From: Campylobacteraceae bacterium
GTDB taxonomy: Bacteria > Campylobacterota > Campylobacteria > Campylobacterales > Arcobacteraceae
Reading direction: 5' to 3'
Length of the DNA stretch: 64,000 bases
Assembly: GCA_013215945.1 (NCBI GenBank)
Contig: JABSOM010000010.1
Location: 1 to 64,000 of the forward strand
In this document: in pieces, positions 1 to 10,813 of the stretch
Numbering within the stretch: the stretch's first letter is position 1
Layout of the letters: every line of letters starts with the position of its first letter
Notes under the pieces: generated by a model
Databases searched by the model: none
What the model was told of the DNA's origin: nothing
Seen by the model: the letters and a program-made list of their open reading frames with translations, nothing else
Program-made: the position numbers and the translations under genes

Positions 1-273
1 TCTCTCACGTGTCAGTTTAAAGTGTCACACTTGATTTGGACGGGAATTATAGGAGGTTTTAGCTTCTTTGTCAAGGGGATAAACATAAATGTAGCTTAAA
101 TGTTGAAAGTTTTTATTATTTGCTTTTTTTAAGCCTTTTCTATAGGCTTTATAGTGTTATTTTGTTTTATTAAGCAATAAAGAGAAAAACGTAAGCATTT
201 GAATTATAGATCAGAATAAAGAGGATTAAAAGATTAAATAGTTTGTTAAGTAAATAAGCCTAGGCTTATTTAC

Positions 274-3200
274 TTATACATTATAGTATTTAGCATCGGG
301 ATGAGGAACTACCATCGCACAAGTAGTTTGCTCAGGATGCATTTGGAATGTTTCTGATAATTCTATACCAAACTCTTCTGGTTTTAATAAATCAAAGAAA
401 TCACGATTCATTTCAAGCTCTGGGCAAGCTGCGTAACCAGGAGAATATCTACACCCTATATATTGTTTCATTTGTACATCTCTTAGGGCATGACCTTCTT
501 TTGATACGATATCTAAGTCCAATCGTATTTGTTTGTGAATTACTTCTGCCAGCGCTTCTGCAAACTCAACGCCCAGCCCATGTACTTGAAAATACTCAGT
601 ATATTTATCTTCTTTATACAAGGCTTGCTCATAATCAGTGATTTTAAGTCCCGAAGAAGCCAGCGTAAATGCCACAACATCTAATCTGTCATTTGCAAAA
701 AAGTCGGCTAAACATCTAAAAGGTTTTCTTTTTTGTCTTGGAAATTCCAATACTTTAATAGCTTCACTTAAAGGAGGAACTTTTTGTGCTTCTTCTAAAT
801 TATTGTATATATGTTCTTTTCCAAAAATATACAGTTTATTATCATGAGAAATACACGGGAAATACACATATATTGCAATGGGAGCAAAGATTTCTTTTGT
901 AATTAATTCATCTTTTAAATTTTCATATAAAGGCCAAACCGTATCCTCTTCATAGGCTTTAAACTTTTTAGGATCTTGTTTCCCTCTTTTATATCCCCAT
1001 CGTTGTCTAAATAATACTCGGTGATTAATCCATGAGAAAATTAAATCTTGATTTTTAACTGCTTTATTATCGGTAATTCTCTCCCACATAGGGGGTACAA
1101 TTAAAGGCTGTTTTGAAGGCAATTCAATTTCTTCATAAGGAGGAATGATTATTTCTTTTTCATCTTTTTTCACGATTACTTCATCTTCAACTAAATCAGC
1201 TGCTAATGCAGTATTACTTAAATCCCCTTTTTCAATTCTTTGCATAGAAATAACGCCATCAAAAGCATCTCTACAATAAAAAATGGGTCCATCATAAATG
1301 GTTCGGCAATAATCATTAACAAATGTTTTGGTTAAAGCAGCTCCCCCTAATAAAACAGGAATACTTATATTTTCTTTTTTTAACTCTTCTAGGTTCTCTC
1401 TCATAACAGCAGTTGATTTAACCAATAAACCAGACATTCCTATAGCATCAGCATTATGTTCTTTTGCTGCTTCTAAAAAAGCTTGAAGACTGGCTTTAAT
1501 TCCAATATTAACCACTTTGAATCCATTATTAGACAAAATAATATCTACAAGGTTTTTCCCAACATCATGAACATCGCCTTTAACTGTTCCTAAAACAAGG
1601 ACAGTTTCACTGGCTTTTTCTTCTTTTGGTAAATATGGATTTAATGCATCTACGGTTGCTTTCATTGTTTCTGCACTTTGCAGTACAAAAGGCAATTGCA
1701 TTTGCCCCGAACCAAATAAAACTCCAATGATTTTCATACCATCAATTAACCATTCATTTACAATAACTTCTGGTCTCATTGTATGTCTTAATTCATCCAC
1801 TAAAGGAAGTAAACGGGTTTTATCTCCATCTAAAAGTAATTTTTCTACTTTTAATTTAGGACTTAAGGCTTGATATACTTCATCACTTTCTTCTTCTTGA
1901 TCTTCTACATTTGAGAAATGATCTATAAAAGCAAATAAAGGGTCACCATCATCATGGTTATTAAAAATCAAATTATCACAAGCTTTTTTATCTTCAACTG
2001 AGATTTTATTAAGAGGTAAAATATGTTTAACATTCACAATAGCCGTTGTTAACCCTGCTTTTACACAATAATCTAAATAAATAGAATTTAAATACGCTCT
2101 TGCTTTAATATCCAAACCAAAAGAGATATTAGAAAGTCCTAATGTGGTACCCACAGTTGGATGTAATATTTGGAACTCTCTAATAGCTTCTAGGGTTTCA
2201 ACACCTGCTGTTCTGTACTCATCATCTCCTGAACCAATGGTAAAAGTAAGCATATCAAAAACCAAATCTTCCGCTCTAAAACCATGTCTGTCAATACATA
2301 AATTAAAAATTCGCTCAGCAATTCTTAGTTTTTCTTCTTTTGTTTTAGCCATTCCTACTTCATCAATAACCAAACAAACAAGAGCAGCTCCATGTTTTTT
2401 AGCCAAAGAACATACAATATCAAACTTCTCTTCCCCATCTTCTAGGTTAACAGAGTTAATAATAGCACGTCCGCCTATTTGTTTAAGTCCTGCTTCAAGA
2501 GCATAGGTTTGTGTAGAATCGACCATTAAAGGCAAGGGAATTTTTTGAGAATATAAAGCAACTACTTGATCCATATCAAAACGTTCATCACGGCCTGCAA
2601 AACCAACAGAAACATCAATAATATGAGCTCCTGCTCGTACTTGTTGCTGTCCTACACTCAAGGTTCCTTCATAATCATTGGCTTTTAATAATTCTCTAAA
2701 AGCTTTTGAACCTGTTGCATTTGAACGCTCCCCTATAAGCATAGGCATAGGATCTTGTTTTAAAGAAACTGTTCCAAATAAAGAAGCCAAAGAAGCTACT
2801 TGAAAACCACAAACTTCTTTGGGTTTTGAATCTTTTACCTCATCACTCAAGGCTTTAATATGCTCAGGGGTAGTTCCACAACATCCACCTAAAAAACATA
2901 CTCCATTAACATCTAAGAATTCTTTTTGGATTGCAGTGAATTCATCAGGTCCCATTGGATAATAAGGTACGCCTCCTCTGTTTTGTGGTAAACCAGCATT
3001 CGCATGAACAGAAATAGGGAATCTTGAATTTTGAGATAAGGTTTTTACATGTTTTTGTACTTGTTTAGGCCCTGTTCCACAGTTGAAACCAAGAGATAAA
3101 ATATTAAAAGGTTCCATAATAGCAGCTATAGTTGCAGCATCAGTACCTATTAACATCGTTCCTGTTAACTCAATGGTTACTGAAACCATAACAGGAATAT

Positions 3201-3756
3201 GAGAAGCTTCATCATTCATAGCATGAAGTGCCGCTTTTATTTGTAAAGGGTCTTGGCAGGTTTCAAGTAAAAATATATCTACGCCCCCATCAACTAAACC
3301 TTTAGCTACTACTCTATACCCTTCATACATAACATCGTAATGTATATGTCCTAAAGAAGGAAGTTTAGTTCCAGGGCCTACTGATCCAAGTACAAAACAA
3401 GGCTGATCTTCAGTAGAGAATTTCACACATGTTTCTTTAACAAGAGCTGCACCTAAACGTGAAAGTTCATAGGCTCTGTCTCCTATATCGTATTCATCTA
3501 AAACCCAAGGCATAGTCCCAAAAGTATTGGTAGTAATTAAATTTGAACCTGCTTTTGCATAATTATCATGAATGGTACGTAAGATATGGGGTGCTGTTTC
3601 GTTCAATAGTTCATTACAACCATCTAAATCTTCGCCTTCCCACATCCATTCTTGGGCAGTTATTTCAGCATTCTGTAATTGTGTACCCATAGCACCATCA
3701 ATTATTAATACTTTATTTTTAATTAGTTCTTGAATTTTATTTAACATTATCCACAC
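274..3756 (-). CDS. metH: Cobalamin-dependent methionine synthase (homocysteine S-methyltransferase, pterin-binding, B12-binding and AdoMet-activation domains)
   Basis: 1160 aa; length and domain order typical of MetH. N-terminus resembles Hcy-binding barrel (GAMGTQL). The Gly-rich stretch LLGGAALT in the C-terminal half is consistent with the B12-binding region. Confidence 0.9.
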   Translation of the reverse strand: MWIMLNKIQELIKNKVLIIDGAMGTQLQNAEITAQEWMWEGEDLDGCNELLNETAPHILRTIHDNYAKAGSNLITTNTFGTMPWVLDEYDIGDRAYELSRLGAALVKETCVKFSTEDQPCFVLGSVGPGTKLPSLGHIHYDVMYEGYRVVAKGLVDGGVDIFLLETCQDPLQIKAALHAMNDEASHIPVMVSVTIELTGTMLIGTDAATIAAIMEPFNILSLGFNCGTGPKQVQKHVKTLSQNSRFPISVHANAGLPQNRGGVPYYPMGPDEFTAIQKEFLDVNGVCFLGGCCGTTPEHIKALSDEVKDSKPKEVCGFQVASLASLFGTVSLKQDPMPMLIGERSNATGSKAFRELLKANDYEGTLSVGQQQVRAGAHIIDVSVGFAGRDERFDMDQVVALYSQKIPLPLMVDSTQTYALEAGLKQIGGRAIINSVNLEDGEEKFDIVCSLAKKHGAALVCLVIDEVGMAKTKEEKLRIAERIFNLCIDRHGFRAEDLVFDMLTFTIGSGDDEYRTAGVETLEAIREFQILHPTVGTTLGLSNISFGLDIKARAYLNSIYLDYCVKAGLTTAIVNVKHILPLNKISVEDKKACDNLIFNNHDDGDPLFAFIDHFSNVEDQEEESDEVYQALSPKLKVEKLLLDGDKTRLLPLVDELRHTMRPEVIVNEWLIDGMKIIGVLFGSGQMQLPFVLQSAETMKATVDALNPYLPKEEKASETVLVLGTVKGDVHDVGKNLVDIILSNNGFKVVNIGIKASLQAFLEAAKEHNADAIGMSGLLVKSTAVMRENLEELKKENISIPVLLGGAALTKTFVNDYCRTIYDGPIFYCRDAFDGVISMQRIEKGDLSNTALAADLVEDEVIVKKDEKEIIIPPYEEIELPSKQPLIVPPMWERITDNKAVKNQDLIFSWINHRVLFRQRWGYKRGKQDPKKFKAYEEDTVWPLYENLKDELITKEIFAPIAIYVYFPCISHDNKLYIFGKEHIYNNLEEAQKVPPLSEAIKVLEFPRQKRKPFRCLADFFANDRLDVVAFTLASSGLKITDYEQALYKEDKYTEYFQVHGLGVEFAEALAEVIHKQIRLDLDIVSKEGHALRDVQMKQYIGCRYSPGYAACPELEMNRDFFDLLKPEEFGIELSETFQMHPEQTTCAMVVPHPDAKYYNV

Positions 3757-3858
3757 TTTATATAGGTATTTATTATTGCGATTATAGATAAAAAGCGATT
3801 AAGCCTTAGTTAAGCAATAAAAAGTGATTTACTTGGGATTACTTAAACCCTGTTTTTT

Positions 3859-4476
3859 TTAGTTTTTTTGTAAAATCAAGCGAATAACACTTGCTTCTCC
3901 TTGATGACCCTTACCTTCATCTAAAGTGGTTATTGTTTCTTCTAGCGTATGAATAGTACTGTTTTTAAATATTTCTTTTAAACCCTTTACATCATAAAGT
4001 AAATCAGTATCTTTTGGTCCTCCTGAAGAATAATTAATTTGATTTTTTGAAAAAACTTCCAATACCAAATACCCATCTTTATCTAAAGCATTTTCTAAAA
4101 CAGTAAAAACGCTTTTTTTATCCTCATCTTCAATATGAAAAAAAGACATAACAATGGCTGCGTATTTTTTAGTACTCTTCCATTCTTTAATATCACTACA
4201 AATATTTTCGATTTTTACATTTTGTTCTTTTGCTAAAGCATTTAACTTTACAAAACCAAGATTAGAAGAATCAAGAGCAGATACTTTAAACCCAAGCGTG
4301 GCTAAATGAACTGCATTCCTACCTTCCCCTTCTCCTACACATAAAACTTCTTCATTTTTAGAAAATCTTTTGCAAACAGCTTTGATAAAAGTATTGATTC
4401 TTTTTCCATATAAATAATCATCTTTCCCAAACTTTTTATTCCAAAACTCTTGTTGATTCATTTTTACTCTTTTCAC
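3859..4476 (-). CDS. Class I SAM-dependent methyltransferase (TehB/thiopurine-MTase-like)
   Basis: Motif I VLCVGEGEGRNAVHLA, acidic motif II LDSS, ~200 aa; true start probably the internal MNQQEFW. Confidence 0.6.
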   Translation of the reverse strand: MKRVKMNQQEFWNKKFGKDDYLYGKRINTFIKAVCKRFSKNEEVLCVGEGEGRNAVHLATLGFKVSALDSSNLGFVKLNALAKEQNVKIENICSDIKEWKSTKKYAAIVMSFFHIEDEDKKSVFTVLENALDKDGYLVLEVFSKNQINYSSGGPKDTDLLYDVKGLKEIFKNSTIHTLEETITTLDEGKGHQGEASVIRLILQKN

Positions 4477-4630
4477 CTAATATTTAAAATTATTCAATTA
4501 ATATATAATTATTTATTAGTATTATATAATCTTTTTTATAAATCATTTAATTAAAGGCCTTGTATTTTTATTAATATACATATTCTATAATGCAGCTTTG
4601 GTTACAATGACAAAAATATCGGGAAACTAA

Positions 4631-5749
4631 ATGAAACACACTCTACTCGCAACTTCTTTTTTATTGTTTTTTACAGGGTGTTTATCTTCTACTCTTAATA
4701 TCTCTTCTTATAAAGAAAAGATTTTTACAAAAGAAGTTTTAAGCCCTGTATGTAAAGTATTACTTCAAAGAGACTTAGCAAAAGTAGCTGTTGTTAATTT
4801 TACCAATAATACCACCTATGGAAAAGCCAAAACAAATAATAAAAGTTCTTCTTTTGGTTTTGGTATTGGCTTAAGTCCAACTTTTGCAGGCCTTGGAGGA
4901 AAAACAAAAAAAACAAGCACAAAACGTTTTGTTGACCCTAAATTATCATCTGCCCTTGTTCCTTTAATTGAGGACTTGTTATTAAAAGCAGGTGGAAATG
5001 AACTCTTTACAAGAGAAGATGCTGATAAAGTTGATGCTGAGTTACAATTACAAGATTCGGGTTTATTAGATCCTTCTTCCCTTGTAGAATTTGGACTAAG
5101 CTCTGGAGTGCAGTATTTAGTAACTGGCTCCTTAAATTATATACGTGTTCATATGAGTAATTTCTCAGGTGCATCCCAAGCAGTGCATGACATAACAAAA
5201 GATTCTAAAAATGAAGAACTACAATTTTTTGGTGCAGCATTAAGAGTATTAACTTCTTTTACAGACGGTACAAACATAGAGACTTCTTTGACTGTCAAAA
5301 TTATAGAAGTAAGCACAGGTGCTATTAAATTTACCCATACCATAAGAGGAAATGCCGATTTAGGACACAATTCACAGCCTACTTATGGAGAAATCATTGG
5401 TGGAATTAAAAAATCTTTTGCAAAATCCCTTCCTTTTTTGCAAAGAAAGTTCTCTCAGTATTTTTCTGCTTCTACGTATATTAAACAATTACGTAAAAAC
5501 AAAGAAGATATAATTGCACAAATTGCCTATGGAAGTAATCACGATATAAAAAGTGGAGATTTATTTCAAGTATATAGCCTTGAAGAAAACACAGACCCTT
5601 TAAGCAATAAAAAAAGCTGTGATATTATTAGGATTAATGTTATTTTAGAAGCAAGCGAAGAGATTCAAAATAACAGCTCTTGGTTAGTAATAAAGGAAGG
5701 CGAAGCAAAAAACTTGAAGCTTCTTCAAATTGTTAAAAAAATTCACTAA
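4631..5749 (+). CDS. CsgG-family lipoprotein with C-terminal extension
   Basis: Lipobox FFTGC; VAVVNFTNNT, GGNELFTREDADKV...LVEFGLSSGVQYLVTGSL and IEVSTGAIKFTHT blocks parallel CsgG conserved segments. Confidence 0.55.
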   Translation: MKHTLLATSFLLFFTGCLSSTLNISSYKEKIFTKEVLSPVCKVLLQRDLAKVAVVNFTNNTTYGKAKTNNKSSSFGFGIGLSPTFAGLGGKTKKTSTKRFVDPKLSSALVPLIEDLLLKAGGNELFTREDADKVDAELQLQDSGLLDPSSLVEFGLSSGVQYLVTGSLNYIRVHMSNFSGASQAVHDITKDSKNEELQFFGAALRVLTSFTDGTNIETSLTVKIIEVSTGAIKFTHTIRGNADLGHNSQPTYGEIIGGIKKSFAKSLPFLQRKFSQYFSASTYIKQLRKNKEDIIAQIAYGSNHDIKSGDLFQVYSLEENTDPLSNKKSCDIIRINVILEASEEIQNNSSWLVIKEGEAKNLKLLQIVKKIH

Positions 5750-5757
5750 GGTTTTTA

Positions 5758-6720
5758 ATGTCACTTAAAAATATTTTCTTTGTATTATTTATTCTTTTAA
5801 GTTTTAGCGCTTGCGTTTCAAGTAATAAAGCTAATAAATCAATCCCTTTACCTTCTTGGTATCTAAACTCTTCTAGTGTTGATGCACATAACTTTTATGG
5901 AACATCTTCATCTTATTCGCTTGAAGAGGCTAAAAATCAAGCCTTAAAAAATGTTTCTGCGTATTTAAGTGTAGAAATACGTTCTAAAACAGATATCACA
6001 AAAACAAGCTCAAATAATAACTACAATAAAACAATAGTTCAAAATATAATTAGTCAAACCAAAAAACTTCAATTTAACAATGCAAAAATCATAAAAAATG
6101 TTTTTCTTGATAATAAATATTATGTATTAGTACAAATAAACAGAGCTAAACTCTTTAATGAACATTACAATCGTTTAGAAATATTAGATAACAATATCAA
6201 AAGTAAATTACAAGAAGAAAATAAAAGTATACTTGCAAAAATAAAAAATATCTCTTCTCTAGAGCAGCAACTAAAAGAAGCAAAAGACTTAGCCTATATT
6301 TTATATGCTATAAAAAATGATTTTAATTACAAAAAAGAAATTAAAAAATACGATCTTATTTTAAATGAAAAAAGCACTCTAATAGCCAAAATTAATATTT
6401 CAATACATTCAAAATCAAACGCTTACAAAAATGAACTTTCTTCTTTTTTTAATAAAAATGACTATAAAATCTCAAAACCTTCCAATGTACAAGTAGGAAT
6501 CACATCTCTTATAAATCATTCAAAATACAAAGCATGGTTTATTGCAAAAGCCAATATCAGTCTTAAAATATCTTCAGGGGATAAAATACTTTCTACTCAT
6601 GTTTTTAATCTTGTAGGAAGATCCTCAAGTTCGTTTAAAAATGCGGACCTGTCTTCTTCTTTGGCTTTTAAAAAAGCCTTAATTAAGCTTGGTATTAATA
6701 AAATTCTTTTTACAAAATAA
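5758..6720 (+). CDS. LPP20-family lipoprotein
   Basis: Lipobox LSFSAC; N-terminal PSWYLN...FYGTSSSYSLEEAKNQALKNVSAYLSVEI matches LPP20 signature (PxWY...G.G.......A...A...LA..I.V.V). Confidence 0.55.
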   Translation: MSLKNIFFVLFILLSFSACVSSNKANKSIPLPSWYLNSSSVDAHNFYGTSSSYSLEEAKNQALKNVSAYLSVEIRSKTDITKTSSNNNYNKTIVQNIISQTKKLQFNNAKIIKNVFLDNKYYVLVQINRAKLFNEHYNRLEILDNNIKSKLQEENKSILAKIKNISSLEQQLKEAKDLAYILYAIKNDFNYKKEIKKYDLILNEKSTLIAKINISIHSKSNAYKNELSSFFNKNDYKISKPSNVQVGITSLINHSKYKAWFIAKANISLKISSGDKILSTHVFNLVGRSSSSFKNADLSSSLAFKKALIKLGINKILFTK

Positions 6721-6829
6721 AGGAATACCTGAGTATTTTCCTTCTTTTTGCATAATTTATCTTTAATATTAACTTAGATAAACTATTAGTCAAAAATTAA
6801 ATACCTTATAGGGTGAAATAGGAACATTA

Positions 6830-7750
6830 ATGACAGAAGCAAAATACATCTGGATGGATGGTGAACTCGTAGCGTGGAAAGATGCAAAAGTTCATGTATT
6901 AAGCCATACTTTACACTACGGAAACGGTGCAATTGAAGGTACAAAAGCTTATAAAACACATGATGGAAGATGTGCTATTTTTAAACTTCAAGAACATACT
7001 AAACGTTTATTAAACTCTTCGAAAATGACTCTTATTGATGTTCCTTTTACACAAGATGAATTAAATGCTGCACAAATAAAACTTTTACAAGAAAATGAAC
7101 TCTTTGATGGTGCTTATATTCGTCCTTTGGTTTATTTGGGTTATGGAGTTATGGGTTTATACCATAAAGAAGCGCCTGTTCATGTATCTATTTCAGCTTG
7201 GGAATGGGGAGCTTATTTAGGAGAAGAAGGTCTTAAAAAAGGCGTTCGTGTAAAAATTGTTTCAATGACTAGAAATCCTAATACCTCTGGAATGGGAAAA
7301 GCAAAAGCAGTTGCAAATTATCTTAATTCACAAATGGCTAAATTTGAAGCTATTGATGCGGGTTATGATGAAGCACTATTGCGAGATGATCAAGGTTATA
7401 TTGCAGAAGCATCTGGAGCTTGTTTTTTTATTGTACGTGATGGTATTATTATTACTCCTCCAAATGACAACTCTTTAGAATCAATTACACAAATGACTGT
7501 TATTGATTTGGCAAAAGATATGGGTTATACGGTTGAGAGAAGAAGACTTACAAGAGAAGAAGTATATATTGCAGATGAAGCATTTTTTACAGGAACAGCT
7601 GTAGAAGTTACTCCTATTAGAGAAGTAGATGCGAGAATTATTGGAAAAGGCGAACGTGGTCCTATTACAGAAAAATTACAAAGTGCTTATTTTGATGTAG
7701 TAGCTGGTAAGAACCCTAAATATATTAAAGATTTAACTTACATTAACTAA
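6830..7750 (+). CDS. ilvE: Branched-chain amino acid aminotransferase
   Basis: IWMDGELVAWKDAKVHVLSHTLHYGNGAIEG N-terminus and 306 aa length typical of IlvE (fold type IV PLP). Confidence 0.85.
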   Translation: MTEAKYIWMDGELVAWKDAKVHVLSHTLHYGNGAIEGTKAYKTHDGRCAIFKLQEHTKRLLNSSKMTLIDVPFTQDELNAAQIKLLQENELFDGAYIRPLVYLGYGVMGLYHKEAPVHVSISAWEWGAYLGEEGLKKGVRVKIVSMTRNPNTSGMGKAKAVANYLNSQMAKFEAIDAGYDEALLRDDQGYIAEASGACFFIVRDGIIITPPNDNSLESITQMTVIDLAKDMGYTVERRRLTREEVYIADEAFFTGTAVEVTPIREVDARIIGKGERGPITEKLQSAYFDVVAGKNPKYIKDLTYIN

Positions 7751-7869
7751 GCATTGGCTTAGTTTTTGTAAAATAGAAGAATTATAAGAATTGTAAACAG
7801 TGGTTTGCAGTTCTTATATTTCGTAAGAAATATTATGGAAAATAGAAAACAACAAACAGAGGAAATAAA

Positions 7870-8973
7870 ATGCCAATAGATAATGATTATTTTAAAAACA
7901 GACAAAGCGGGAACAGTGGTGGTTCTAACAATGGTGGGAACGGCGGAAATGGCGGAGGCGGTGGTGGAAACTTTCAACCCCCTTTTGAGCCACCTGAATT
8001 TATGAAAAATTTAGGAAAAAAAGCAGGAATTATTTACGTTGTAATTGCAATCGTAGCTGCTTTATTTATTTTCAAACCTTTTGTAATTGTAGAATCTGGA
8101 CAAGTAGGGATTAAAATCACTACTGGTAAATATGAAGAAATTCCATTAACTCCTGGATTTCACTTTTTCATTCCTGGTTTCCAAAAAGTTATCTTAATTG
8201 ATACAAAAGTTAGATTAATGAACTATAAGAACATTAGTGAAGCTACATCTTTTGGTTCAGGAATTAGATTAAATCCTGCTATTGATATCTTAGATGCGAG
8301 AGGATTACCTGTTTCTATTGAATTAACTGTTCAATATAAACTAACAGCTGATGGAGCACCTAATACTATTGCTACTTATGGTTTAGCTTGGGAAGATAAA
8401 ATCATTAACCCAGTTGTTCGTGATATCGTAAGAAATGTAGTTGGAGTATATACAGCAGAAGAACTTCCTACTAAAAGAAATGAAATCGCTGTTAAAATTG
8501 AAGATGGTGTAAGAGCAGATATTGAAGCATTAGAAAACTCTCCAGTTACGCTCTTATCAGTTCAATTAAGAGGAATTATTCTTCCTACTAAAATCAGAGA
8601 ACAAATTGAAAGAGTTCAAATTGCTAATCAAGAAGCAGAAAGAGTTAAATACGAAGTAGCAAGAGCTAAACAAGAAGCTGAGAAAAAAGCTGCTTTAGCA
8701 ATCGGTACTGCACAAGCTAAAAGAATTGAAGCTAAGGGTAGAGCAGATGCTGTTACTATTGAAGCAATTGCACAAGCAAAAGCGAATATATTAATTGCTA
8801 AATCATTAACTCCTAACTTATTAAAATTAGAACAAATCCAAGTTCAAGGTAAATTTAATGACGCACTTAGAGTTAATAAAGATGCTAAAATTTTCTTAAC
8901 ACCTGGTGGATCTACTCCTAATATTTGGGTAGATACAAAAAGTACTGCAAGAGATGCTTCTATTAATAACTAG
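7870..8973 (+). CDS. SPFH/band-7 (prohibitin/HflK/C-like) membrane protein with Gly/Asn-rich N-terminal tail
   Basis: N-terminal (G/N)n low-complexity, one TM (IIYVVIAIVAALFIF), SPFH core and C-terminal coiled coil rich in A/E/K/R. Confidence 0.7.
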   Translation: MPIDNDYFKNRQSGNSGGSNNGGNGGNGGGGGGNFQPPFEPPEFMKNLGKKAGIIYVVIAIVAALFIFKPFVIVESGQVGIKITTGKYEEIPLTPGFHFFIPGFQKVILIDTKVRLMNYKNISEATSFGSGIRLNPAIDILDARGLPVSIELTVQYKLTADGAPNTIATYGLAWEDKIINPVVRDIVRNVVGVYTAEELPTKRNEIAVKIEDGVRADIEALENSPVTLLSVQLRGIILPTKIREQIERVQIANQEAERVKYEVARAKQEAEKKAALAIGTAQAKRIEAKGRADAVTIEAIAQAKANILIAKSLTPNLLKLEQIQVQGKFNDALRVNKDAKIFLTPGGSTPNIWVDTKSTARDASINN

Positions 8974-9012
8974 TATTTCTAATCAAGGGATTTTTCCCTT
9001 GGTAAGTATTTA

Positions 9013-9399
9013 ATGCGTATTGCCCTAATTCTTGTTTTATCTTTTATTTTTGTTTTTTTATACCAAAAAAACAGTGAACTCAAAAAAAACGCTCAAAACA
9101 TAAAACAAGCATTAGAAAACAAAAATAGTGAATATCTTCAATTTCAAGAAGAAAAAAAAGAACTTCTTGCAAAAATCAATAAACTTGAACTGGACTTACT
9201 TTTTTTAAAAAAGAATGTTTTCGATGAGAATAAACTTGCAAAACCCAATGATATTCTAGAATTTCAAAATCAATTAAAAACAATAAAAGAAAAAGAAAAA
9301 GAAAACAACTTTACAATTACACCCAATATCAAAGTAGATAAAGAAAATAAAAGCCTTAAACTTGAAGGTCTACAAATAGAAATTAAATCCAAATTCTAA
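9013..9399 (+). CDS. Small membrane-anchored coiled-coil protein (hypothetical)
   Basis: N-terminal TM helix then K/E/L-rich heptad-like sequence; no recognisable domain. Confidence 0.4.
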   Translation: MRIALILVLSFIFVFLYQKNSELKKNAQNIKQALENKNSEYLQFQEEKKELLAKINKLELDLLFLKKNVFDENKLAKPNDILEFQNQLKTIKEKEKENNFTITPNIKVDKENKSLKLEGLQIEIKSKF

Positions 9400-9407
9400 G
9401 GAAAAAT

Positions 9408-10088
9408 ATGAGTATTGAAAAAATAGACTGGGAAAAGATGCAAGGTTTAGTTCCTGTTATCACACAAGACGCAAGCACAAAAGAAGTACTTATGTTAGCT
9501 TATATGAATAAAGAAGCGCTAGAGCTATGCTTAAGCACGAATATAGCTCATTATTTTTCAAGATCTAAACAAAGAATCTGGAAAAAAGGTGAAAGCTCTG
9601 GTCATATCCAAGATATTGTTGAAATCTTATTGGATTGTGATGACGATACTATTTTATTAAAAGTAAATCAAACAGGAGTAGCTTGTCATACAGGAAGAAA
9701 ATCGTGTTTTTTCACCAACGTAAAAACAAATGAAATTATATCAGAAGTAGAAGTAGATACAAGTGCAGCATATGGAGTAATTGATACTTTATACCATACC
9801 ATTCAAGAAAAAAAGAATACAGACCCTACAAAATCTTATACAGCAAAACTTCTTCAAGGCGAAGAAAACTCTATGCTTAAAAAGATTGTTGAAGAAGCAG
9901 GAGAGTTTACTTTTGCTATTAAAGACAATGATGAAAAAGAAATCATTTTTGAAGCAGCAGATATTACTTACCATGTTTTAGTAGCACTTGCTTCTAAAAA
10001 TATAAGTCCTGATCGTGTAAAACAAGAATTAACAAGAAGATTTGGAATGAGTGGAATTGAAGAAAAGAATGCAAGACAAGAGAAATAA
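9408..10088 (+). CDS. hisI: Bifunctional phosphoribosyl-AMP cyclohydrolase / phosphoribosyl-ATP pyrophosphatase
   Basis: N-term HisI block (LVPVITQD...LMLAYMN...SRS...WKKGESSGH...C..D) and C-term HisE (MazG-like) block [10 protein letters not shown]...YTAKLL. Confidence 0.85.
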   Translation: MSIEKIDWEKMQGLVPVITQDASTKEVLMLAYMNKEALELCLSTNIAHYFSRSKQRIWKKGESSGHIQDIVEILLDCDDDTILLKVNQTGVACHTGRKSCFFTNVKTNEIISEVEVDTSAAYGVIDTLYHTIQEKKNTDPTKSYTAKLLQGEENSMLKKIVEEAGEFTFAIKDNDEKEIIFEAADITYHVLVALASKNISPDRVKQELTRRFGMSGIEEKNARQEK

Positions 10089-10112
10089 ACAAGGGTTTAT
10101 TTCTTTTTTCTA
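10081..10112 (+). terminator. Rho-independent terminator after hisIE
   Basis: GAAATAAAcaagggTTTATTTC hairpin followed by TTTTTTCT. Confidence 0.5.
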
Positions 10113-10217
10113 AGCATTAGAACAAGAAACTATCTGCCTTAAACAAAAAAATCAAACTATCCCCCTTTTTTCCCTCATAAATATTTTATACTTCTTTATA
10201 CAAAATAAAGGACTAAA

Positions 10218-10775
10218 ATGAAAAGATTATTATTTATGTTATTGGTATTAGGAACAAGTGTATTTGCAGCAACGTATCAAATTGATAAAGCGCATTCCAA
10301 GATTTCTTTTAAAGTGAAACATATGGCGATATCAAATGTTTATGGAAGTTTTGCGAACTTTGATGCTAAAATCAATTACAACGACACAACAAAAGTATTT
10401 GAAACCTTAAGTGCAAAGATTGATGTGAATTCTATTGATACAGATAATGTAAAAAGAGATGGACATCTTAAGTCAGAAGATTTTTTTAATGAAAAAGTTT
10501 TTCCAAACATAACATTTAAATTATTAAGCGTAAATGATGATGAAGCAAAAGCTTTATTAACAATAAAAGGTATAAGCAAAGAAGTTATTTTAGATTTTGA
10601 AAACAATGGAACGGTTAAAGATCCTTGGGGAAATACCAAACTAGGCCTGTCTTTTTCAACTAAAATCTCAAGAAAAGCCTTTGGTTTAACATGGAATAAA
10701 CTCCTAGAAACAGGTTCTTTTGTTGTGGGTGATAAAATTACCATAACAGTAGATATAGAAGCTAAGAAAATATAA
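10218..10775 (+). CDS. YceI-family periplasmic polyisoprenoid-binding protein
   Basis: Signal peptide, YQIDKAHSKISFKVKHM and NVKRDGHLKSEDFF motifs typical of YceI. Confidence 0.8.
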   Translation: MKRLLFMLLVLGTSVFAATYQIDKAHSKISFKVKHMAISNVYGSFANFDAKINYNDTTKVFETLSAKIDVNSIDTDNVKRDGHLKSEDFFNEKVFPNITFKLLSVNDDEAKALLTIKGISKEVILDFENNGTVKDPWGNTKLGLSFSTKISRKAFGLTWNKLLETGSFVVGDKITITVDIEAKKI

Positions 10776-10813
10776 TAACAAAAGCGTACGCTTTTGTTAT
10801 ACAATGGAAAAAT

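Noticed and set aside
241-300. Palindrome GTAAATAAGCCTAGGCTTATTTAC downstream of metH
   Set aside because: Most simply a transcription terminator or attenuator hairpin for metH; no flanking T-run on the minus strand, so assignment is weak and not listed as a feature.
348-847. Plus-strand ORFs of 97 and 69 aa inside metH
   Set aside because: Antisense to a well-supported 1160-aa MetH; low-complexity translations; artefacts of AT-rich sequence.
2144-2506. 120-aa plus-strand ORF inside metH
   Set aside because: Antisense overlap with metH, no motifs.
3757-3858. Possible B12 or SAM riboswitch upstream of metH
   Set aside because: Leader is only ~100 nt, very AT-rich, lacks recognisable B12-box or SAM-I conserved elements.
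5007-5370. Two minus-strand ORFs (63 and 73 aa) inside the CsgG-like gene
   Set aside because: Antisense to a better-supported lipoprotein gene.
9781-9981. 66-aa and 61-aa ORFs overlapping the hisE half of hisIE
   Set aside because: Embedded or antisense within a confidently assigned gene.
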